Positions 53,817 through 64,000 of a stretch of DNA of 64,000 nucleotides are shown here, piece by piece. Under the pieces are notes generated by a model. That model had not been told where the DNA came from and did not search any database. It worked only from the letters and a program-made list of their open reading frames with translations. How positions within the stretch are numbered: the first letter of the stretch is position 1; each line of letters starts with the position of its first letter. Position numbers and translations under genes: made by a program. Location: assembly GCA_951406725.2 (NCBI GenBank), contig OX597821.1:102362001-102426000 (forward strand), written 5' to 3'. The DNA is from Octopus vulgaris (Eukaryota).

Positions 53817-54489
53817 TATATATATATATAACTGGTTTACTCAATCAATCCACTGACTGGTTGAGAAAAACTGAATGACCCTAAAGAACTAACGCTATCC
53901 TCGTCAGAGTCAAAGTATACTGGATGGCTTAGCTTAGCCAATCTATTTTCCTGTCTATATGTAAGCTTTTATTCTTTTACTTCTTTCATTCATTTGACTG
54001 TGGCCATGCTGAAGCACCACCTTGAAGGATTTTAGTCAAACAAATCAACCCCAGGACTTATTTTTTTAAAGCCTAGCACTTATTCTATTATTCTCTTTTG
54101 TTGAACCACTAAGTTACAGGGACATAAACATACCAACAACAGGTGTCAAGAGGTGATGAGGGGACAAATACAGACACAAAGACACACACACATATATACA
54201 TGACGGGCTTCTTTCAGTTTCCATCTACTAAATCCACTCACAAGGCTTTGGTATATGTGTGTATGTGTATATATATTGACGTATATTAAGGTTCTGGAAG
54301 GGTAGAATGAAGGGGTATTTCCAATGCAACACTCAACCAAAGCTTGAGTCTATCTTCACTCTTGAACTGTAGACTCAAGTAAGATCGAATGGTGTTTAAA
54401 AAGTGAGTGGTACAGAAACAACTGTAACTGGTCATTAAAAATGGGTTAAACTCTTTGACTTATTTGGATTATGCACACATATATTGAAT

Positions 54490-54963
54490 CAAATTTGATG
54501 ACTGGCATCCGTGCTAGTGGAGCGCTAAGAGCTCCATCCAAGCGTGATCGTTGCCAGAGCAGCTAACTGGCTTCTGTGACAGTGGCACGTAAAAAGCACC
54601 ATTTGAGCATGATGTTACCAGCGTCGCCTTACTGGCACTTGTGCTGGTGGCACGTGAAAAAAAAACATTAAAGTGAGGTCGTTGCCAGTGCTGCTGGACT
54701 GGCTCCTGTGGAGGTGGCATGTAAAAAATACCATTTGAGTGTGGCTGTTGCCAGTACCGCTTGACTGGCCCTCATGCCGGTGCAACATAAAAGCACCCGC
54801 TACACTCAGAGTGGTTGGCGTTAGGAAGGGCATCCAACTGTAGAAACTATGCCAGATCAGAGATCAGATTGGAGCCTGGTGCAGTCATCTGGTTCGCCAG
54901 TCCACAGTCAAATCATCCAACCCATGCTAGCATGGAAAGTGGACGTTAAATGATGATGATGAT
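54490..54963 (+). mobile_element. RTE 3'UTR/tail copy with internal tandem units
   Basis: Repeated ggcacgtaaaaagcaccatttgag units; (GAT)n tail. Confidence 0.75.
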
Positions 54964-55024
54964 ATCGGTGTGTGTGTGTGTTTTTCTGTCTCTATAACCA
55001 TCACGAAATAGTTGTAAGCTAATA

Positions 55025-55240
55025 AGGCAGTGAGCTGGCAGAAACGTTAGCATGCTGGGCAAAATGCTTAGCAGTATTTCGTCTATCTTTACATTCTGAG
55101 TTCAAATTCTACTGAGGGCGACTTGCCTTTCATCCTGTCGGGGTCAATAAACTAAGTACCAGTTATATACTGGGGTCGATCTAATCAACTGGCCCCACTC
55201 CCCAAAACTTTCGGGCCTTGTGCCTAGAGTAGAAAAGAAT
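55025..55240 (+). mobile_element. Nin/Deu-domain SINE (further copies at 24827-25028 and 27729-27950)
   Basis: Family match. Confidence 0.85.
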
Positions 55241-56189
55241 AGTTGCAAACTAGCATTAACATTGTAAAAACAATGTCTTTTGTTTCCAATCTTCTGTGAA
55301 AATATTTCTTTGCTTAGAAGTAGGTGAGAGTTGATGACAAAAAGCATCCAGCCATAGAAAATATCAACAAATTCCATCTGACTCAGGGAAACATGGAAAA
55401 GTGGACATAAAAATAATGATAATGAAATACAGCACGTTTGTTTTCTTCTTCACACATTTTCATCTACATAGATAATAACAGCATGCATTTGTATCAGTTG
55501 TAAGTTTTACAGAGAAGGCTTTAAAAAATCTGTATTTCAACTGGAATAAATTTATCTTAGATTATCTATTTTCCACTTACGTAAGTAAATATCTTGCTGA
55601 GAGATGTAACACTATCCCAACAAATTACAGAACTTGTACTTATGAATGATATTTAAGCAAATCTCTACATCTTTAATCATTATGCATCTTGAGTGGTAGA
55701 TTTAAGTCATGTGTTATCAGCTATATGCTTTATAGAAAAGAAAGCCAAAATAAACAAAATTCATCACCAGATAAAACAAAGAAGTCTTTTACTAGATATA
55801 TGCTCTATAATATATAAAGCAGAATATGAAAGATAGTGTGTTGTTGCATGAAGGCTCATGTACTACTTAAGTATTAATTGCTTGACAAGCTGGTTCACTA
55901 CAGAAAACTTTTTGGGATTTTAGTGAAAGACAGATGAACCTAGCGTAGGTTCAATGACTATCTAACAACAACATGAGCCCTCAGAAATTCTGGGTTGGTG
56001 TCTGGTGTGCTGGAAGGCCACTATGAGTGAGGCATCCCTTAGTTTTAATTGAAGGAGGTCTCTAGAACCCGCTTCAAATCTGGGTTACATCTGCTCTGAT
56101 AATTGTTGGTAACTTGGTCTCTGCAATGGCCAACACTCGACAGCAAGATCACACTATTCCAAAGTGTGTGTGCATGTGATTAGGGACCA

Positions 56190-56661
56190 CATGTGAACTT
56201 GTTGCTTGCGAAGACCTGTTGGGGCAAGTGAAATCGGAATCGAAATTGAACCAATCCAATGACTGGCACCCGGCAGTTGCCAGGACTGCTGGATTGACTC
56301 CTGTGCAGGTGGCAAGTGAAGAAACACCATTTCGACCCTGTGCTTGAGGAGATCCATTGAGTCAAGTACACCAACATCAAAATCAATGGAAACTGCAGTT
56401 GAGATCCCTGTGCCGGTGGCACGTAAAATGCACTAATCCGATCGTGGCCGTTGCCAGCCTCGTCTAGCACCTGTGCCGGTGGCACGTAAAAGCAACCCAC
56501 TACACTCACGGAGTGGTTGGTGTTAGGAAGGGCATCCAGCTGTAGAAACACTGCCAGATCAGACTGGAGCCTGGTGCAGCCTTCTGGCTTCCCAGATCCC
56601 CGGTCGAACCGTCCAACCCATGCTAGCATGGAGAACGGACGTTAAACGATGATGATGATGA
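56190..56661 (+). mobile_element. RTE 3'UTR/tail copy (young)
   Basis: ggcacgtaaaa repeats and cccatgctagcatgga...gttaaacgatgatgat tail. Confidence 0.8.
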
Positions 56662-56780
56662 CTGAAACTATGAAGATGAACTACTTGATGGTTGGAGCCA
56701 GCTCAACCTATTCTAGGCAAATGCCACTGCAAGTACAAGTAAGTATATGAGAATCTGTTAGGAAACATTTCACTACTTAC

Positions 56781-56875
56781 CATGTGAGGATTCTTTCAAG
56801 AAGTAACAAGTTAGAGATTCATTGTCGGTTGAAAGTTGTTCTCAAAAGAAAGTTTTCTGGGATTTTCTGCTTCTT
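56781..56875 (-). other. Candidate 5' exon ending in ATG|GTAAGT
   Basis: Consensus donor (cttac 56776-56780) directly after CACATG; 5' boundary uncertain. Confidence 0.4.
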
Positions 56876-58899
56876 ATATACCAAAAATGTTAACAAAAGA
56901 ATAATTTTTTTTCTCTTTAATCAGAATTGTAGCAGAAAGAGGGAGAGAAATGAAATAAAATCCAATGTCCAAAATATGTATTGTTAGGCCACAAAGTAGT
57001 GTTAAATGTTATTTATTTATGCATTTTCTAAGTATTTTGTTCAAAGTCATGTTTTATTCATGAATCTGACAGTAACTTCAACAATGTTATGGTACATTGG
57101 CAGCCGTTTATGAATTCAGACGTGGAGAAAGGCGACTAATCCAGGAATGAATAGGTTAGTTTATTATTATTATTATTATTTCAATTATATAGTTTTTGTA
57201 TTTATTTTACATTAAATTCATCACTTGTTTTACAATGGAAGTGATTTATAATCAGGTTTTAAAGTAAAGGTTATCTCATTATTAAAAAAATAAAGTAAGA
57301 AAAATAAAATTCCAATACAGCTGTACTATTTACCAATCTGTTCAATTGTCTTCATATACACATAGGCACACGTGTGCGTGTATATATATATAGATATGTA
57401 TGTGTTGCTTACACTGTCTCTCTCCTTTGGTTATCTCTGCAATATATATACATACCTCACAAAAGTTAACTGCAGTTTAGAGTTAAAAAGAAACGTGAAA
57501 TGTCTATTGCTTCAATATGTTAACTATTATTGGGTCTGTTTATGATACCCTGCACAAATAATAATTTTTTAAAAAATGCCCTATTTTCTTTGGATTAAAA
57601 ATCAATAAAAGGCTAGTTTCATATTTTATTCAGGAGATAAATATTAATCCTGTTTAAAGGGTGCATATGTTTGAATTTAAAGCAAGAAAATGAGAATCAC
57701 TTCTTGATTAGGCAAGGAAAATCTTGCTCAAGCAAAGCAAGGCTCTATTTTTATAGGCTTGGCTTCAAATGATGATGATAGTAATTTATAAAGAAATACA
57801 ACTTTTTCTATAGAGAAGGGATTAATTACATATTAATCTCCCGTTTTATGGATTAAGATAAACTCTCAAACTCATAACTTGTTTTAATTTCTTATTATTT
57901 TAAAACCAGAATATGCCAGCGTACTCTTCTTAATTAATATAAGAAACTGATTATAAGCGTTTTTATTTTTTATTTTTGCCGTTAACTACTCCAAATGTGC
58001 TTGAGAAACCAAAGAACCGCAGCTTCTTATTCGTTCTCTAAATTAACATCTGGGCCACAAAAATTTAATGTTATCGTCTTTGACACATATACAAATAAGC
58101 ATTCGTGTTTCTCTAAAGAGGAGCGGAGTGGGAGAGAAGTAGAGGGGGAAAACTGGAATTAGCATTAAAATTTGCCGATTCCTTATGGCACGTTCATTAC
58201 TCCTTAAAACCACCTCCAAATTTAATAAGCTTAAATTATAATTTATTAAAAAAAGTTAACTCTATTATGGAAATATTGTCCACTGGTAGGATTTTAAAGC
58301 CGTTTTATTAATTTATTGATATCGTTTTAATAGTCTTCTTACTATAAGAAAAAACCGTAAGAAAATCTTTAAGGTTGTTTATTTTTATGTGGCTATCGAT
58401 ATATTTAGGTTCTTATATAAATATATTCGGAAATGTTAAGAATCAAAATATACAAAATGATATATAAAATAAATATCTATCGAAGAGTTTCGGCAAACAT
58501 TTGTATCTATCATTAAATTTAAAACCACTGCCTTTCTAGACAGATACTTCAACAATTGAATTTACGAGCATGATAAATGCATTAATAACACGCTTGGCTG
58601 GGTTACAAAAGACTTCTTATACTGTATTGGATGGGTAAAAAAAAGTCAATGTTTTGGGGCAAACTAAAACTAAACAAGTGCAAAACTGTTTTAAATTAAA
58701 TATTAAAAAAAAAAAATAACCAAAAAATCCCCCCAAAATTATTTAAAAACAAAAATAAAATAGAAATAAAATGAAATAGCTACATTTTCGCTTCTATTTA
58801 ATATGTTAAAGTAAAATAAATAATTAAATAATAAATAAATAAATATAGTTCATGAATAAGTTAGAGTGACAATAAAAAGACTTATATTCATTCTTGGTA

Positions 58900-59030
58900 A
58901 CATGCTGCATGCGAAAATAAAGTGTTAGCCGCCATTTTTTTCTCACGCTGTTACTACATTCACTGCGGATATGAAATCAGCAGAATAAGAAGGTAGAGTT
59001 GGCGCAGGGGTGGGGGGATGGGTGGGGAGA
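58900..59030 (-). promoter_or_regulatory. Probable TSS region of a minus-strand gene (YY1-type AAAATGGCGGC at about 58928-58938)
   Basis: gccgccatttt on the plus strand, CpG-rich unique sequence, G-rich tract upstream on the minus strand. Confidence 0.5.
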
Positions 59031-59469
59031 CTAGAAATATTTTAAGATAGATCTGATGATTAAAAAAATTCCAGAAAAAATATAAACGATAATTGTTAAA
59101 AATATTATTTTAACGAATAAAGAAAATTCTCAAATAGGTTTATTAATTAAAATTATTAATTAAAAGAATTCCCAATAATAAAAACTCCAGAAAAATATAA
59201 TCGATGATTGTTAAAAAATATTATTTCAGCAAATAAAGAAAATTATTCTATTTATAATTCTAAGTTTGATGAGTGTTAATAAACGAAACTATTGACTCTT
59301 GAGTCACTCTGTAACTTCTGCCGATTAATAATAATAATAATAATAATAACAATAATAATCATAATAATGATAATAATATTTATTCATGTTTTGAGTTCTA
59401 TTTTTTTCTTTTTGTATCACCAAACTTAATTGTAAGATTATTATATTAACTATTAAATATTAACTATTA

Positions 59470-59601
59470 CTTTTCGGCTCGTGACCTTTCCTTCAGCCCG
59501 TGCCTGTTATCACCTTTGACGTCAGTTATGGTGTTAGACTCCAGATACATTTCTTTTTCTTCACCACGGATATGTTGTCAATCGCTCGTATAAGCTGATA
59601 A
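59470..59601 (+). promoter_or_regulatory. Promoter/5'UTR of the plus-strand gene with a perfect CRE palindrome TGACGTCA (59517-59524)
   Basis: Motif read directly; local CpG enrichment; lies just upstream of the ATG exon. Confidence 0.55.
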
Positions 59602-59685
59602 ATGGTTATGACTAGCAAAAAAAAGAAACGAGCTCCCAGCAATGCGAACTGGAGTCGGAAAAACGCTGTTAAAGATAACGATAAG
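59602..59685 (+). CDS. First coding exon of an unidentified plus-strand gene (MVMTSKKKKRAPSNANWSRKNAVKDNDK, phase-0 donor)
   Basis: ATG at 59602, 28 open codons of non-repetitive CpG-containing sequence, donor AAG|GTAAAT at 59685/59686, promoter motifs about 80 bp upstream. Confidence 0.65.
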
Positions 59686-60200
59686 GTAAATATTACTGTA
59701 TGTTACCATGCAATATGTGTTTCGTCCGTCTCACAGACAGATAAGAGATCGACATGTATATATAATGTATATAAACACATACACTACTCTACACACACAC
59801 ATACATATCTGTAGGTAACTATACACATATTTGATGTCTTAAATCTATCTGTCTATCATATAATTTATATAGTGTATATCTATTGCTGTTGATGTTTACG
59901 ATCTGAGGTTTTAATTAATTATATATGGTCATTTTGTATTGCATTTTCATTATTTCATAAATATTTTCTATGGATTTTTTTGCCTTCAATCGATTCTTCC
60001 TATTTCTGTTGATTCAGTTGTAATCGAACATCGGGTTACATCAGCTCTTTGATTTGAATTCTTTGCGACTTAAACTTATCAATTAATCAACCAGTTGACA
60101 TTTTTTTCATTTATTAAGTAAAGAATTTCTTTGTTTACGATTTCCTCATTCATGCCTCCTTTTTTTTTCGAATAGATTCGCATTTTCACAAAGAAATAAC

Positions 60201-60238
<38 letters not shown>

Positions 60239-63024
60239 TCACACACATACTATGACTTCCAAGTTTCATCTCTTGAAGCTTATTCAGTATTTAAGCATTG
60301 TTTTCATTAAATCTCGAGATAGGTTATTTTAAAGGATAATATCTTGGAATCTTGTTGAGATTTTCCCCAAAATAGCAGAACCCATTTGGGAAACATTCGT
60401 CACTTAAATTGCAATAAACCTTTATAAATGAAATAAAAATTATTTAACGCAGGGTGGGGGATTTATTCGTGTAAAAATAGGCCGTATAACTTGTCATTTT
60501 GAAAATTGTAAAAAACACTTTTTGTAAAATAAATTTTTTATTGAATGTTCTCAAAGGCCGGAACCCTAGAATTCTTTTACGGATGATTGGGTTTCTGCGG
60601 AACTTAATTCAAGGAATCATTGCTCTTGAGGCTCTTATAAATATGTAACTTAGAAAATAAAGCATCCTATTTCATTTCTCCGATTTTAATTTAATGGTAA
60701 TATATATTTTTTTGTCATTTGAAACAACATCCCCCCCAAAATATATAATAAAAACAATCATTAGAAAAAACCATCCTGTTGATAGATTTACTATGTAAGA
60801 ATATTGCTTTTTCCAAGAATAAAACGCTTTGGAGTTTGATATTATGTACAATAAAATAATTAGATATTTTAAAATATTACTTTTTTTCCTTTTTGGGGAC
60901 TGGGACGGGAGAGAAAGATCGGAATATTTCCTTTTCTTTCTGTTCGGGTAAAATGAATTTTGAATGACTATTGTGTCATTAACTATTAATAAAACCCGAG
61001 ACTGGGTTTATGGGGCAATACTGAGTTATCGTTCCTGGTGTTGGCTTTCTTACACATACATGCATACGTTCACCCACCTACATAAATAATCCGCACACAC
61101 ACACATATATAAATCGGCAGTAGATTGTAACTCAAGGGCCGAGAGTTTCGTGTTTGACACATATCTACCCCCCACCTCTCTCTCTTTCTCTTATATATAC
61201 ACACATTTAGTGTTAACTGTCGGGAAAAAAAGAGGACCCACTACCTATACCATAATAGAAATTAATAATGTATGTCTTCAGGCAAGTTATATCGTCGTCT
61301 AAGAATATGCACTCGTATATTTGTCGGCAGAGTGAGTATACTAATCAAAGTATACAGGTTATAGATCCATTTCAGCCTATCTTACCAATCAAGTTTCGCA
61401 TTGGGATTTAGAGAACCGGAGATACTTGTTGTGGAAGGTGGTAGCCGTCAATTATAATTATGAATAATGTTATTAAACTCCTAAACTGATCACAATTAGC
61501 GACTTCCATAGTATGTATAAAGGCACACACACACACACACACACACATAAGGGCATTTACCCAAACGTTTTTTTTTTTAAGTACCCGTTTGATAACACTG
61601 TTTCTCACGCGATTATATCACACACGCACATAGATATGTACTCATATGTAGATATGTACACACACACATACACAAAGGCATTCACTCGTACATTTTTTAA
61701 TTCTATTTTAAAGATACACGTTTTATATCGACATATTTTTCTCATGCGACTATAAAACGCACACACACACACACACACATGTATGGATCGCCTGTATTTA
61801 TTATTTTGTTTCTTTAATACAAGAGGAAAATAAAATTAAGTAAAAGCTGATTGTTGAAAGCTGTCCAAACTATTCTCAAATGAGTCTTAGGAGAGTTGGG
61901 GGTAAAAAAAAAAAATAAAACGTCAAGCAATAACACAACCACCGCTTTTAGATTTTTCTTTTGCATCACATAACTCTTTCCACAACCATCTTGACATCAT
62001 ATCATCTTTGTAGCTTCCTGTTTTTCTTTTGCCCCCTTTTCCCCTTCAACTCTTTCCCCCCGCCGCCATCACCCCATCGGACCCCCACCTCCCTAAAATT
62101 TCCCATCCTATTACACATGCTCGAGTGTGTGAGTGCTTGGTGATGTTTGTAAAATATGGGAGCCGTGTCGTAAACATTAAATTTCACTGAATATGTTTTT
62201 AATATTGCTAATTGCTATGGTGCCTCTCCTCTCCGTGTTTCCTTCAGGCCGTTCCTTCACTAGGATATCTAACACACACACACACTAGTTGATGTACTTG
62301 GCGGCGGAGCGATGACAACCATTAAGTGTTTGTCTTTTCAGTCACGTCTATTTTTGGATTATTATTCTTATTATTATTGCTCTGTTATAGTCATCCAAAT
62401 CAGCTCATGAAAATTTACTTCCTTCTTGACTCAAACGTTCCACTTTCGTGTTTATTCCTTCCTCCCCTTCCCCGTCCTCTATTTTTCTAAGGTTTTTAAT
62501 CTCAAATTTTCCTGTTCATTTGTATGTGTGCATACACACACACACACATATTTATATACATACATACATACACACATACATGTATATATATATACATACA
62601 TACACGTATACATACACATATATATACACGCATACATATATATATATATATAATTTCGTACTTATATACATCTGTATATACATACAGTGTGTCTGTGGTC
62701 CATATCACATAATTTGCTTAATCATTTCGTCATCTGGAGGATAGCACATAACAAGAAACTCTAAGTAATAACGCCATGATTACCTTCAAATGAATAAACT
62801 CTATTTCTTGTATTGAGTTCTTTTTCTCTTGCTTCTACTTCCAAACACGTACTTTATATATGTGTGTATGCATATATGTATGTATATATATATATATAAT
62901 ATACACTTTTTATTAAAGCTGTGAAATTTTCACAAAACTGTTACTCAGTTTCACATTCCTGTTCGTTGGACAGCTGTGATTGAGTACTATGTTTCCCACC
63001 TTGTTTTGCACTTATGTGCTTCTC

Positions 63025-63065
<41 letters not shown>

Positions 63066-64000
63066 TTTGTGTGTTCATGGGATGCTTTATCATTTTAAAG
63101 TGTTTATTATTTTGTCTTTTGTGGTTTCTTGCTGTGAATCATCTGGTATTTAATTATAGGTGTACCAGTAAGATACCCAAGGTCCATTCTGTTATAATTT
63201 CTTAATCTACTCTTCCACACCCTTAAAAATGAGGCATGTGTATCTAAGGCAGTATAGTTGTTTTTCTCGATCTGCTCCTATGGCTATATAATGGGTTGCA
63301 TGATTGCATATACATAAAGTCTACTGTTGCACACACAAAACTGTTTTTGTCTTTTCTTTCTTTTTGTCATTGCTAGTTGGCAAAGTCTGCTCAGCTGAAA
63401 GTGGTTAGCACTTTGCCATGGTATATCAAATGGTTCATGTTAAAAAGGAGAACCAGTTGCTGTGCATTTGTGTGTTCTCGTGATAAACACATACATGCAC
63501 ACACCTCATTAGAGAGAGAGAGAGAGATTATGGACTGGCTTATTTAGTGTGGTCTCCCATATCCAAACTTGTTAATGTTCTGAGAAACATTGTTTGAATG
63601 CAAAACGGGATGGTCATAGTTGTAACTCTTTGGATCATATATCTACTTGGCTAGAGTTGAGTTGTGGTTAAACAACAAATAGATACTAGAATTCTGATTG
63701 ACAATTGATATACTAAGCTGCAGAAAGAAGACTTGAAAAATCAATTATGAAAAGCAGGCAAACAAGTGCTGTGACTGGGGTAACTGGAAAATAAGCAGTG
63801 TATCAACCTGATAATTTTAATGTGTATTTAGTTTGTTGTTGTTTAGCTTCAGATCAGTCTGGGTCGAACCAAAATTTATCATGGACTACATTTATGGTGG
63901 ATTGGCAGAATCATTAGAATGTTATTGTGGTATTTAGTTTTAGGCCCTTTACATTCTGGGATTAACCCTTTTGTGTTCAGACTACTCTGTTAAATGTAAT

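Noticed and set aside
54560-54800. Regularly spaced GGCACGTAAAAAGCAC repeats resembling a CRISPR array
   Set aside because: Spacers are homologous to each other, the context is a eukaryotic LINE 3'UTR, and there are no cas genes
58890-58935. ATGGCGGCT as start codon of the minus gene
   Set aside because: Frame stops after 15 codons with no donor; better read as a YY1 motif or uORF
62248-62320. Strong plus-strand acceptor as exon 2
   Set aside because: Phase-0 reading runs into (CA)n and a stop; no good donor

Overview
AT-rich eukaryotic DNA. The SINE families (CORE-domain and Nin/Deu-domain tRNA-SINEs), RTE LINE tails and dense (TA)n/(CA)n/(GAT)n microsatellites look like octopus (Octopus sp.); this is an inference from repeat sequence only. 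Much of the window is transposon debris: SINEs, 5'-truncated RTE LINEs (one with three C2H2 fingers), a Penelope-like GIY-YIG remnant, a Hero-type RLE remnant, mariner remnants and hAT/Tc1/piggyBac-like MITEs, often nested. Almost all ORFs in the track are spurious or TE-derived. The host-gene signal appears to be a head-to-head promoter near 58.9-59.6 kb. Rightwards lies a plus-strand first coding exon (MVMTSKKKKR...). Leftwards, about 58 kb behaves like the 5' end of a large minus-strand gene, with several candidate alternative first or UTR exons and no recognisable shared coding exon in the window. Neither gene can be named. The most unusual items are hammerhead-like motifs in repeat families, many snap-back hairpins (one with a 56-bp stem), and the candidate multi-promoter layout. 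I found no clearly new, complete system, and repeat boundaries are approximate.
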